Of a stretch of DNA of 64,000 nt, positions 50,701 through 61,966 are shown in pieces; within the stretch, counting starts at the first letter, position 1, and every line of letters begins with the position of its first letter. The stretch covers positions 159,866-223,865 of the IMG/VR virus record IMGVR_UViG_3300028862_000012, one strand, 5' to 3'. A program made the position numbers and the translations under genes. The notes beneath the pieces were generated by a model that did not search any database, was not told the DNA's origin, and saw only the letters and a program-made list of their open reading frames with translations.

Positions 50701-52277
50701 TTGCCATGAATTAGTTGTATCACTTGATAAACCAATTTGAATTCTGTAATGATGATCAAAACAATCATAGATATACTGACAAAAAGTATTGTAAGCAAAT
50801 ATACTTGAGGTACATATAACAAGTACTAATATACAGAATAGCTTCTTAGTTTTCATGTTTATCCTTTATATCAATAGCCAAAAATTTTATATCATTTTTA
50901 CCACAAATTTTCATAATATAAAATTTATTTTCTGTTCGCCATTCTAATTCAAAAAATCCATCATCTGATAAACCGATAAGTGGATTACTTTCTATTTGTA
51001 AGGTATCGAGTAATTCTTTTAGCACTATAGCATTCTCTTTAGCCTTTGCACTATTTATTTCTTCATCTTCTTCAGATAGAGAAACTAAATAGTTAATGCG
51101 TTCTTCAATTCTTGTTTTCAATTATTTTAATTCCTCTAAAAGTATTAGCAGTATAACTCATATCCATTTTAAGTAAGTTAAAATCAGTGAACAAAGTCAG
51201 TGTATCTATGCAATCAGTTATTACACTACAGTCATTTTCTTTCTCTATTTTAATTAATCCGATTAAGCTATCTCCTGAATTATTCACTAATGCTTTATAT
51301 TCAGGATGTACAGCTATAAATTCTTTTGCATTTTTACAACGTTGCTGAAGCTCTTTATAGCTACAACTAAACACTGTATCATAAGCACGCTCAAATTCTT
51401 CTTGTGAATTAAAAGGGCTATTTTTTTCCATTCGATATAGCCTCATTATATTTAAAAGTAGCAGCAATAGATAAAGGATCACTATTACTTTCTGTATTAT
51501 CTTTTCCTGCTAGTTTACAACCAGAATAAATAGTACAAGGAATTTTAAACAGCTTATATAAACAGCGTGGTATAAGTTTTTGCCATGGTTTAGTAAGTGT
51601 AACAACCGCAATATTGAAAGTAGGAACATCATAATCTGTTTTAAATTCAGGTACATCCACTGCTTTTACTGTAAAATCTTTGTCTTGTATTTTAATACTA
51701 AACTTATCACTCATTAATTTTTCCTTTAATCATACTGAGCCTTGAAATGATCAATAATGAAGCTATTGCTCATTTGATTGCTCATTATCAAATTATATTA
51801 AAAATAAATTATCTTTTTATGCTTTTTTGTTTTAGCATTATATCTACAAGTTTTTTCTAAAAAAAGTTGTTCTCTATTAAAGTTCTCAATATCTGAATAC
51901 TCTTTAAACTTACAACAAAAATCGTGTACATTTAAGTCCTTTACTAAAACGTCAGTATAACTGTTTAGCTTCCATTCTTTTAAAACATGCCATTTAGGAA
52001 ATATATTGTAGTAAGCATATTCTATAGTATAAAAATCTTCATGGAAATATTTTGCTCGAATCTTAAAATGTTTCTTTGTTACATCTTTCCAGTATATACC
52101 ATTAGGATTTATACTGTAATTATAACAGATGCAATCACATAAGTTTTGATCTTTAACATCAAATATTTTTTTTATCTTTGAACAGTAACTAACCAAGTCA
52201 CAAGAATTACAACCCTGCGAATTAGGATCATTTAATACTTTAGAGTATTTTTTGTGATTTTGAATAATTAAGTTCAT
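47773..52277 (-). other. Cluster of ~13 small hypothetical ORFs
   Basis: ORF track. Confidence 0.65.
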
Positions 52278-52319
52278 AGTATCTCCATATAAAGATTATA
52301 ATCTATGCTATACTATTTG

Positions 52320-52760
52320 TCAATAAACTATTGGAGTAACATTAATAATATCAGCAGTAAGTAATAGATTGGTCATGTTTACCTTATTTGTTTCTATATT
52401 TGAGATACTTTGTACCTTACAAGTAATATCTACTGTAGAGTTTTTTTGCATATCTATAGTAAGATTATCAGGATCATAAAAAAGTGTTGCACCCAGTGGT
52501 GAATCCAAAATTCTTACAATTCTTTTGTTATTAAGTAAATAAACATCTTCTATTATTACTCTAAAATAGAGAGTTTTATTTTTTTCCTTAATAAGCTTTT
52601 CATTTATGTCTGCTTCAAAAACAGACTTCCAATTACTAAAATATTTATCTGTTAAAATATAAGTAAAGGTATTGACTACTTCTGTATTAGGTGTATTAGT
52701 AATTTTATTACTGCAACCAGTGACTAAAATAACAAAAAGTATAATAAAAAACTTTTTCAT
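52320..52760 (-). CDS. Putative lipoprotein
   Basis: MKKFFIILFVILVTGC lipobox; own TTGACA-17-TAGTCT promoter. Confidence 0.7.
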   Translation of the reverse strand: MKKFFIILFVILVTGCSNKITNTPNTEVVNTFTYILTDKYFSNWKSVFEADINEKLIKEKNKTLYFRVIIEDVYLLNNKRIVRILDSPLGATLFYDPDNLTIDMQKNSTVDITCKVQSISNIETNKVNMTNLLLTADIINVTPIVY

Positions 52761-52835
52761 ATTATCTCCTTAGTTAAGACTAAACTATTTACTAAACTTT
52801 GTCAACAGACAGATATACTATAACTATCTTTGTTT

Positions 52836-55155
52836 TTAAACCTCATATAAATCTATATTTGTATAGCTTCGACCTTCAACTAAATTTTTTCGTTGTTCCT
52901 CGACAATGCCTCTTTTAATTTGAAGTTTAATAATTATATTTGTTTCTTTAGTCATACTCTCTGTATAATTGCATACTTTATAGTCTTCATAAAGATTATT
53001 ATGAAATTCAAGTCTTTTATTAAGCCAATCTAGTTGTTTATCAAACAAGTTAAAGTCATTATCTCTCTGTATTCTCTTTTCTGCTAAAATCTTTTCTGCT
53101 AAAATCATAATAACCTCTTTTAATTATTATAGATCCATCCAAAGCCTAGCCAACGATAGATATGAGCATGGTTAGCACCATACTTATTTATTTTGGTAAT
53201 CTTCCAGTACCATTTGTTAGCGTTTACAAACCATGACTTATTATGAAACTCCACATATGGCTTTACATATGGTTCTACATAGTGTTCTACATCTACACTT
53301 TCAAGAGTTAAACCACTATCAGGATCAACAAAATCCCATAGTGCTTTTTCAATCAGCTTTTTAATATCCTCTTCAGGATAAGCACAAAAAGCTGAACAGC
53401 ATGAAACCTTAAATTTATAAACAGTTGCCATAGTATCTCCTTAATGTACACTAACCAGAATAGTAAAAAATATCATATAACCAAGTCCTACTGCCATGAT
53501 AAGTTTACCTGCATTATTTCCTAAAAACTTTAGCATAGTTACTCCTTATGGACATTAATATCTGTCTCTTCTTTTTCATTATCTATAGTCATATTATAGA
53601 AGCTCATATTAGCTGCTTTTACACTACTGATGATAGTAATTACTATAGATATTGCAAATAGAATAATTGTGATCGTTTCTTTCCAGCCCAATTTTGAAAA
53701 TTTCATAAAAATAGGAATAGAAAAATGTAAAAGATATACACAGTTTATTCCAAAGAATGTAGCAGTACTAAATTTCCATGCAAGATAAAAAGCACTAAAT
53801 TTTTTCGTTCTCATACTTACTCCTTATAAGCATATACCTTATTTGATATTTCTAAAACTCTCTCGTTTATTAAACCCATGATTAACTACTTTCTCAATAT
53901 CAGGAACATAGGCTATATCTTTATCATTTTTTAGTGAAGAGATATAAGTAGAAATATCCTTCCAAATATTTTCAGGATTAATTAAGTGAGTAATTTGAGT
54001 ACCAGAAAGTATAGGCAAATCAATAGAAATACCTTCCTCAACTGTATAGGATGAATAGTCAGGTTCATCATTTTTATTGTTCCTCCAGTTAAAACCATTC
54101 CAAGGAATTTTTACTGACTTAATACTGATAGGATAACCAAATTTGTTTTCATTATTGGTGAAAGTATTTACTATTTTCATAGAACATGAAATAAAATCCC
54201 TTCCATTATAGCTGTTCTTATCAAATTTAAAATCAAACATTTTAATCAAGTACTGAACATATCCTGTTTCAAGTATAATAAATTGTTCAATATCTTTATA
54301 TCCACTAGTGTGTTCAGCTTGACGAGTTGTTTCATAACTTACAAAACTATTGTCAGTGCAAATAATACTACCACGCCGATCAAAGGTTATTAGTTTGTCC
54401 TCACCATAGATATGAGAAAAATAATCATAATAGTCTTTGTTTTTATCAAGTATATACATATACTACCTACTTTGATTTAATCAGGTTACTATCATTTCGT
54501 TTATTACCAGAACAGCCTTTTGATTGTTTCCGCTTTGAATACCCGTTTTTCTTATGTTTTCCAAACCACCGATATTCACCAAACTTTTCGGGCCACATAG
54601 TTTCTCCTTACTTATATAGAGTTTCAGCAATGTCGTGAATGTAATTAGCTAATGCAATGTTTTCATCAGCAATGCTTGGATACAATATTCTTCGAGCTTT
54701 TTCGTCATCATTGGCATCAACAAATCCAAGTATTTCGTATGAAATACCAGAAGAATAATGAATAATATCTCCAACGCTCATAGCAAGCTCTTTTTCATCA
54801 GAGCAAAAAGTATAAAATCGATCTGATGAATCTGTGCTTTTTAGACAAATAAGTTTTGTCATAAAATCTCCTTTTAATTTAGTACATATCCATAATTACA
54901 TTGTAGAAAGAAAAAAGCTTCTTTAATATCGTCAGTATATGTTTCCAATACAAAAGCCAGTGGAACATAGATTTCTTCAAATCTTTCCTCTACAAAAAAA
55001 CCGGGAAGGTTATTAATAATTTCTACAGCTTTTTGATAAGTCATATCTGATTGTGGAGTCCATTCTTTCATGTCCGTTCCGCAATCTTCTGCACGATGAG
55101 CAGAACATCCAAGTGTGTTTATTGTACCACAATTTTCACAAGTTTTTTCACACAT
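52836..55155 (-). other. Cluster of small hypothetical ORFs
   Basis: ORF track. Confidence 0.65.
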
Positions 55156-55157
55156 AG

Positions 55158-55598
55158 TTATTCCTGTACTCCTTCATCAAATTTAAGTAAACTTTTATCT
55201 ACTTCTTCAACAATCATTATAGTTCCATTGTTTATATGATTAAGAAAATCAGCTACAAGAAAAACATGTGTATTTCCATAGTCAACTGACTTCATTTCAA
55301 TTATATAATTATTATACCAATGGTCTTTAATTTCATGATGATTAGAAATTAAAATATTATATTTTCCATTATTATAAAGTTTGCATCTTACATTTTCTTC
55401 ATAAAGAAAGTGATAAGGATTATCAATGTTAGTAACTCTAAAAGGCATTAGAACAGTAAAATTTTCTCCTCGCTCTCGTACATAAGCAAGAAAATCTATT
55501 TAGTTTATATATCCGACCATACCTCTCTGATAAAGTTCCTTCAGTGTCATGGAATAAGGAATTTCTTTTTCAAAGTAACTTTCATATTTTAAAATCAT
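55158..55598 (-). pseudogene. Hypothetical protein with an in-frame TAA at 55500-55502
   Basis: ATG at 55598 is in frame with track ORF 55158..55448: ...RGMVGYIN*IDFLAYVRERGENFTVLMPFR. Confidence 0.55.
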
Positions 55599-56332
55599 AT
55601 TTCCATTTCCTTCAGCTTGTTTACTTTGTCAATGATTTCCTGCATTGAAGGGGTATCAATATGACAAGGAAGGGAGGAATAGCTCAAGTCATTGTAAGCA
55701 TTATCCATAGTAAGATTATTGTCCATTGCCATATCTGCCAAAGCTTGACCAAACATATTGCAACGAATAAGATCTGCATTATCAGTGATTCCTGCATTAG
55801 CAAAGTGTAGAGTAATAGAACTGCTAATAAAAGTTACTTTTTTGTTGTAGATATCACGAGCTACTTCACGCTCTACAACACGACCAGTTTTGATATTTGC
55901 ATGACTAAAAGGAGTGTCATATAATTCATTGTGTTTTGCATCAATCATATCCATTTCTTTGCGTGTTTCAGGTTGCCAGTTGGTAATAAAAGTAATCATA
56001 GTATCTCCTCGGTTATCGAAAGTTTGTTTTAAAAGAAATAAATCCTATTCTATAAAGGTAGCTTGGCTTATTTCTTCCATATCCTACTAAGCCTTTTCCA
56101 AAAGAAGGTTTTGCCGTAAACCAAAAAATTACTGATTTAATAACGATCATTCTTTTTCTCCCATTTCAAAGTGTTTATTGAAGTAGCTAGTAATAGACTG
56201 CTTCACTTTAACAGCGGAGTCAGATGATTTATAATCACCACGATTCTTATTAATATAATGATCGATAGCTTCATTAAAAGCTTCCATCATCTGTTCCTTA
56301 GTATTTATTTGTTTCTTCTGAATGTCTTTCAT
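55595..56332 (-). other. Early hypothetical ORFs after promoter copy C
   Basis: ORF track. Confidence 0.65.
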
Positions 56333-56358
56333 TTATTCCCCCCCCATCTGATATAGTA

Positions 56359-56450
56359 ATTCTACCACTTAATTACTTTACTGTCAACTAAAAAAGTGGT
56401 ATTTTAGTAATTATTTTTTAATAAATACTTCAGCTACTTTAGTATAATTT
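56359..56450 (-). promoter_or_regulatory. Early promoter with conserved upstream block, copy C
   Basis: TTGACA(56382-56387)-17-TAGAAT. Confidence 0.8.
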
Positions 56451-56510
56451 AAGACACTTTTACATATAATGTCATAATAAATATCGCTTTTTTTTATTAA
56501 AAAAAATACC

Positions 56511-56539
56511 TTGACATACCTATATTAGTCTATTACAAT
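56511..56539 (+). promoter_or_regulatory. sigma70-type promoter divergent from copy C
   Basis: TTGACA-17-TACAAT. Confidence 0.8.
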
Positions 56540-56562
56540 CTATTATAGGTATAGGAGGAAAT

Positions 56563-57125
56563 ATGAAAAACAATACTATGAAAAGTGACACTGAACATAG
56601 AGACGTTATTCAATCCATTGTTTACTTAAATCCTTGGGCTAGAGTTAATGAGCCAAAAGAATATAAAAGATGCAATGTACCTATAATTGAATATGCTAAT
56701 TGTACTATAGTTCAAATATCTGACGATCAATGGGATGTAGTTAAATCAGGTAAATGCATAGCTCAACGAGCAGGAAAAAGTAGTGCAATGCAAGTAGCAG
56801 ATATAGTCAGTGATATTATGTGTCCTGACTATAGCATAGTTCAAGAGCGTATGCTCTGTATGTACGATCATTATTAGGAGTAAATATGTTTCACAAAATT
56901 CAATTCGATGTAATTAATGGTACTGTTGAGGTATCAGAGTTTGATACTGAAATAGTAGACTATGGATTTTTCTCTGATCATTATCGCTATAGTGATATCT
57001 GCACTATACTTAATCATCATAGTGCTATTATGGTAGGTGCTATGACCGTTTCAGATAAGCATTTTGATAAAATAGATCAGGAGTACGGAATTAAAAAACT
57101 CTGTACCCCTGATTCTTATTTATAA
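56563..57125 (+). other. Two small early hypothetical ORFs
   Basis: 56563..56877 and 56886..57125 with AGGAG RBSs. Confidence 0.7.
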
Positions 57126-57419
57126 AGAATTTCGCGAATAATATTACTTACAGAAATCATTTACCATATTTGCAAAAGTATTAGCATCTCCGTATTTGAT
57201 CCACATATAACATAGAAATACATCTTCATAGATACAGTCTTTTAACTCATTAAAAGAAGGTTTAATACCAGCTAGGGCTGATTCTAATAGTACTAGCTGT
57301 TTATCTAACTGAATCCAGTTAGATTCGCCAAAAGTATTATATTCTGGTAAAGTTTTTCTTTCATTATACAAAAAGTCTATTACCTTTGTCAGTCTATCTT
57401 TTGATACCATACTAGTTCC

Positions 57420-58523
57420 TTATTTATTAAAATCATATACAGAATATTCTTTCCAGTCAAGAGTAGTTACATGTGTGTTAGCAAATTCAATTATGTCATC
57501 ATAGGTAATAGTATCTAGATGCATTAAATCATTTACTTCGCTACGCCTGTTGTATTCAAAATTATAGCTAAGTTTTACATTATTAATATTCTTTAACTTT
57601 AAACTTATTTCTTTCTTTGATTTGATTTTATTAAACCGGTCTTCAGTAATGTAGCTTAATAGGTTGCTTGTAAACTCTTTTAAATTACTAAAATAGATAT
57701 CTACATTAGCTTTACTTACAGAGCTAGTTATACTAAAGAAAACTCTGTTATTAAAATAAGTAGGATACATTTGCACCCAATAGGCAATACCAAGTTTTTC
57801 TCGAATAAGTTTAACTAAAGGACTAGTCAATCCATCATCCAACATATCAGCAATAAATTGCGCTATGTATAACTTATCTGGGGTTATAGCATTACTTACA
57901 TAGCTTACATCTATACAATTATCGTCAATAGCTTCAATTTTTATAGGTGTAAAATATTGTTGTTTTTCAATAATAGAAAGATCATAATCAGTAGGAGCTA
58001 CTCTTGAATTGCTAAAACTCTGATTACTTGAAATTTCATTTACAGTATAATAGTGAAAATATTTGTTATAATACTCTTTAACTATATCAAAAGTTAGATT
58101 ATCTAATGCTTCCTTTATACCAGCACAACTTACTATACCAAACTTTTGTAAGCATATATTCATATATAAAGCATTATCATTATCTGAAAACATATCATTT
58201 ACTTCTTGCTTTACAATAGGTAGCTCTTTTTCAAAATCTTCCAGTTTCGGAATATAGGTAGTCACACATTTTACAAACTTGTGTTTAACTGTATCAAGTT
58301 CTGAAGCTAATCCGCTAAGAAAGAAAAATACTTCTGTGTCGCTCGTGTAAGCATTATTATACAAACACTTTTCATTAAAAAATTCTTCATATTCTTTATA
58401 GCTATTACATATCATATGTTCAAGTAAATGACATATGCCAAAGGTAGGTAGTGTTTCATGAGTTACAGGGCCAGTGTAACTAATACCAATAAAGTTTTCT
58501 TCTGTGTTCGCGTGTATAAACAT
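57420..58523 (-). CDS. M16 (insulinase-like) zinc peptidase
   Basis: Inverted zincin GICHLLEHM, NAYTS, ELPIVKQE, C-domain IREKLGIAY. Confidence 0.85.
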   Translation of the reverse strand: MFIHANTEENFIGISYTGPVTHETLPTFGICHLLEHMICNSYKEYEEFFNEKCLYNNAYTSDTEVFFFLSGLASELDTVKHKFVKCVTTYIPKLEDFEKELPIVKQEVNDMFSDNDNALYMNICLQKFGIVSCAGIKEALDNLTFDIVKEYYNKYFHYYTVNEISSNQSFSNSRVAPTDYDLSIIEKQQYFTPIKIEAIDDNCIDVSYVSNAITPDKLYIAQFIADMLDDGLTSPLVKLIREKLGIAYWVQMYPTYFNNRVFFSITSSVSKANVDIYFSNLKEFTSNLLSYITEDRFNKIKSKKEISLKLKNINNVKLSYNFEYNRRSEVNDLMHLDTITYDDIIEFANTHVTTLDWKEYSVYDFNK

Positions 58524-58533
58524 ATAATTCCTT

Positions 58534-59135
58534 TTAAATTTCTTCGATATTTAATTCTTTTTTATTTGATGATAAAAACTTACAGAAATAGTTAATTCTA
58601 TTTTCCAAACTTTGATCTTCTGGCTCTTGAATATTGGAAATAAAGAAATTATATTCCTTTTCTGACTTAAAAAACCATTTATTAGTTCTCTTTGATAAAA
58701 GCCATAACAAAGATATATTGTATTCAGTTTTGTTTAAAACAATACCTTGATTATAAATAGTATTTACTATTACATCAATTTCTTCTTTTTTTATTTCCAT
58801 CAGTTTCTTCTTTTTCATTATTCATTATTTACTCCTTGTAAATTAAATCCATTAAGCAAGATTACTCGCTTATTCTGATACATAAAGTATTCTGATATAA
58901 TAAAATAGTTATGTAGTACCATATACTCCATATCCTCGGTTTCTTGTATAGTTAAATCCCTTACTGTACACAAGCTGTACTTTCTATACCCTGTATGAGT
59001 ATCGCATAGTTTTTCTATGCACTTTTTTGCGCTATTCCAACTAATGTCTGGTTGATCAGTTTCTATAAAATAGATCGAAATACCCGAAGTGTTAGGTAAT
59101 TGGTTTAGAAAACGATAGAAGAATTGTAGTTCCAT
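58534..59135 (-). other. Two hypothetical ORFs behind a TTGACA-17-TATAAT promoter
   Basis: ORF track; -10 box at 59144-59149. Confidence 0.65.
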
Positions 59136-59179
59136 ATAGTAGGATTATAGCAGGTAAAGAGTGATATGTCAATTAGTAA

Positions 59180-60622
59180 TTAGGGATTAGTATATGTAAA
59201 GGTGAAGCCTTTTAGTTGATTTCGTTCTCCTCTGACACATCTATTTATATATCTTGCATCAATATCAATATTAAAGGTATTCTTTATATATTCAACACAC
59301 TTATATTTATCTTCTAATGAAATTATAAACTCTTTTGATGGATACTTATATATTGATATTCCTTTTAATCCAAACTTTCCTATAATAGTTCCGTTTCTTT
59401 TTTGAACTAAAATAGGATCATAATTACACCATCCTAATTCTGTTCCTGTTTTTAAATAACCTACTATAATTGATCTTGATATATGAAATACTTCAGCTAA
59501 ATCAGTAGTAAATAAATTTTCATGACTTGAATAATATTCACATATAGACTTAGCTAAATTAGTCATAGTATCTGTCTTTAACTTATTCCAATCAAAGTTT
59601 TCTAATTTTAGAAGGTTATATAAATTACTATTTATTACATTATTTTTTATTAAATTAAATTCGGAACGCTCGCAATCGATGCGAATAAGTATATGATCAT
59701 CTTCTTTAGCTAGTCGATCTTTTTCATAGTCAAAGAAAATAGTATCTTCTAATTTTTGACCTCCTTTGTATTCTCTCTTATGGAAGCCTCCATCCATCTC
59801 TATAATATATTTTTTATCATTTAGTTTGAAATAAAAATCATATTGAAATTGTTTTATTTCATTATCAAATATTATTGAGGCCCATTTAGGTGAATATTCT
59901 TTTATAAACTTTTTATTTAATTGTTCAAGCATAAAGTACATAAACTTATTTGGATAACTCATGCCATCTCCACATGGGCATCTGAATCCTAAAGAAGTAT
60001 ATAAATTAGAAATACTTAATTTATTATTTTTTATTCTTCCACAATCAGGACACTTAAAATATATTTTTTTACTGCTTTGTTTAGAATACAACTTAGCATC
60101 CTCTGGATCTTGAAAATATTTTACCATCCAAGGGTCGGTTTTATAAATTGAATTTATTTCTGGAATTATAGTATTGCTCGAACAACAACTACAACCGTTT
60201 TTATCATTTAACAAATGTCCTTCAGTAATTTTTCCTTCTGTCCAACCACAATTTAAACAAGTATATTTATACCATTTATCTTCCCAATCATTTTTAGTCT
60301 TTTTATAATATCTATCTGTAATTTTTAATGATCTATGTTCATCAGTAAATATAGAATCTATTTCTACCTTAAACTCTTTAGTATTTTTTAGAAGTATCCT
60401 TCCTAAATTACATTCGCTTAAAGCATGTATATCTATTATATACTCTTTTACATTATATAATATTGTTATTTTTCTATAATCTAAATATTTTATTAATTTA
60501 ATAATTCCAGAAATTTCACCATAGCTAAAGCTTACTTCTTTTCCTATGGATTTTTTCCAGTCTATAAGCTTTCCATATTTTAAAACTAAACTTGATAAGT
60601 CAATACTTTTTTGAGTTTTCAT
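59180..60622 (-). CDS. Free-standing homing-endonuclease-like protein (Zn ribbons, DUF559/Vsr-like nuclease, NUMOD1-like tail)
   Basis: CLNCG, CPDCG; YDFYF...IIEMDGGFH; C-terminal YINRCVRGERNQLKGFTF. Confidence 0.7.
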   Translation of the reverse strand: MKTQKSIDLSSLVLKYGKLIDWKKSIGKEVSFSYGEISGIIKLIKYLDYRKITILYNVKEYIIDIHALSECNLGRILLKNTKEFKVEIDSIFTDEHRSLKITDRYYKKTKNDWEDKWYKYTCLNCGWTEGKITEGHLLNDKNGCSCCSSNTIIPEINSIYKTDPWMVKYFQDPEDAKLYSKQSSKKIYFKCPDCGRIKNNKLSISNLYTSLGFRCPCGDGMSYPNKFMYFMLEQLNKKFIKEYSPKWASIIFDNEIKQFQYDFYFKLNDKKYIIEMDGGFHKREYKGGQKLEDTIFFDYEKDRLAKEDDHILIRIDCERSEFNLIKNNVINSNLYNLLKLENFDWNKLKTDTMTNLAKSICEYYSSHENLFTTDLAEVFHISRSIIVGYLKTGTELGWCNYDPILVQKRNGTIIGKFGLKGISIYKYPSKEFIISLEDKYKCVEYIKNTFNIDIDARYINRCVRGERNQLKGFTFTYTNP

Positions 60623-60691
60623 AAGTTTTACCTTTTAAGTTGTTTCAGCAACTATGCTATAATAGTTAGTTTTATTTTTAGATATAAAAAA

Positions 60692-60754
60692 GCCTAAGAG
60701 ATTTTAGTGTTGAAAACATACACTATGAATGGCTGAAACCATTCTCTCTTAGGT
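60692..60754 (-). other. Three-way-junction RNA structure / terminator between recA and the endonuclease gene
   Basis: Stems CCTAAGAGA/TCTCTTAGG, AGTGT/ACACT, GAATGG/CCATTC; U-run follows on the - strand. Confidence 0.6.
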
Positions 60755-60778
60755 TATTATAATAGTTATTTTTTAATA

Positions 60779-61906
60779 CTATTCTACTTTACTGGTATCT
60801 TCCTCTGGAATTGAAATAAAAACTTCTTCTGCCTTTTTAGGTGTTCTCTTTGCTGTCTTTTCTTTCTCAATTTCAATAACTTTCTTTTCATTATCTAATC
60901 TCTTGAAAAGTAAATCTCTACACTTTGCAGTAATATCTTTTTCGATTTCTGGATTATTAATTAAAAATTCTTTTACTGCATCTGCTCCCTGTCCAATCTT
61001 TGTTTCTCCATAAGAATACCAAGAACCTTTTTTATCAATGATAAGATTTTTAACTGCAATATCAATAAGACTCTGAATTTTATCTATTCCTTTTCCAAAC
61101 GTGGTACTTACTTCCGTAACCCGTAGAGGAACATTTACTTTATTTTTGATGCATTTTATCTTTACTTGAATTCCAATTATTTCATCTTCGCTTTTTCCGT
61201 TGATTACTGAAGACTTTCTCATATCCAACATTTGAGAGGCATAGTACTTCAAGGCATTTCCTCCACATTGAATTTCTGGAGAGCCAAAAACAATTCCAAT
61301 TTTGGATCTATATTGATTGATTACTATAAATGCTGATTTTGAAGTATTTAAAATTCCTGAAATTCGTCTAAAAAATTGGGAATTTAATTTTGCTGAAACT
61401 CCCATATTGCTATCGCCCGGATCTCCGTTTAGCTCTCGCTCACTTGATAAAACAGCCAAACTATCTAGAACTATAATATCATAAGCATTAGTAGCAATTA
61501 ATTTTTCTATAACTGAAAATGCTTCTTCAGCACTTTTTGGTTGTGATACCCAAAGAGAACTTATATCTACTCCAAGTGCTTCAGCATAGGAAAGATCAAG
61601 CGAGTTTTCACTATCCACAAAGGCGCATATTCCATTATTCTTTTGAGCCTCTGCAATAGTATGCAAAGCTAAAGTAGTTTTAGAGCTTGCTTCATTTCCA
61701 ACATTAACACTGATACGGCCTCTGGCATACCCGCCACCTAAAACAGAATCAATGGATAGAATTCCTGTTGATAAAAACTCTACTCTATCAATAGGCTCAT
61801 CTCCCATTCTTCGTATAACTCCCTCCCCATGTTCCTTAATAATCTCTGTCTGCATCTTCTTAATCTTTTCTAATTTCTCTTCTTTCGTCATTCCATTTGT
61901 TGCCAT
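60779..61906 (-). CDS. recA: RecA recombinase
   Basis: STGILSIDSVLGGG, FVDSEN.LD..YA..LGVD, IVLDSLAVL, GGNALKYYAS, KNKV..P, GSWYSYG. Confidence 0.95.
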   Translation of the reverse strand: MATNGMTKEEKLEKIKKMQTEIIKEHGEGVIRRMGDEPIDRVEFLSTGILSIDSVLGGGYARGRISVNVGNEASSKTTLALHTIAEAQKNNGICAFVDSENSLDLSYAEALGVDISSLWVSQPKSAEEAFSVIEKLIATNAYDIIVLDSLAVLSSERELNGDPGDSNMGVSAKLNSQFFRRISGILNTSKSAFIVINQYRSKIGIVFGSPEIQCGGNALKYYASQMLDMRKSSVINGKSEDEIIGIQVKIKCIKNKVNVPLRVTEVSTTFGKGIDKIQSLIDIAVKNLIIDKKGSWYSYGETKIGQGADAVKEFLINNPEIEKDITAKCRDLLFKRLDNEKKVIEIEKEKTAKRTPKKAEEVFISIPEEDTSKVE

Positions 61907-61966
61907 ACTTATACCTTTCCTTATTTAATGTGTTATTCTACTATATTGTTTTACTTTAATCAATTA

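Noticed and set aside
61676-61708. Inactive RecA because Walker A reads GNEASSKT
   Set aside because: Phage recombinases tolerate changes at this Gly (T4 UvsX has GPSKSFKS) and all other motifs are intact; not evidence of inactivity.
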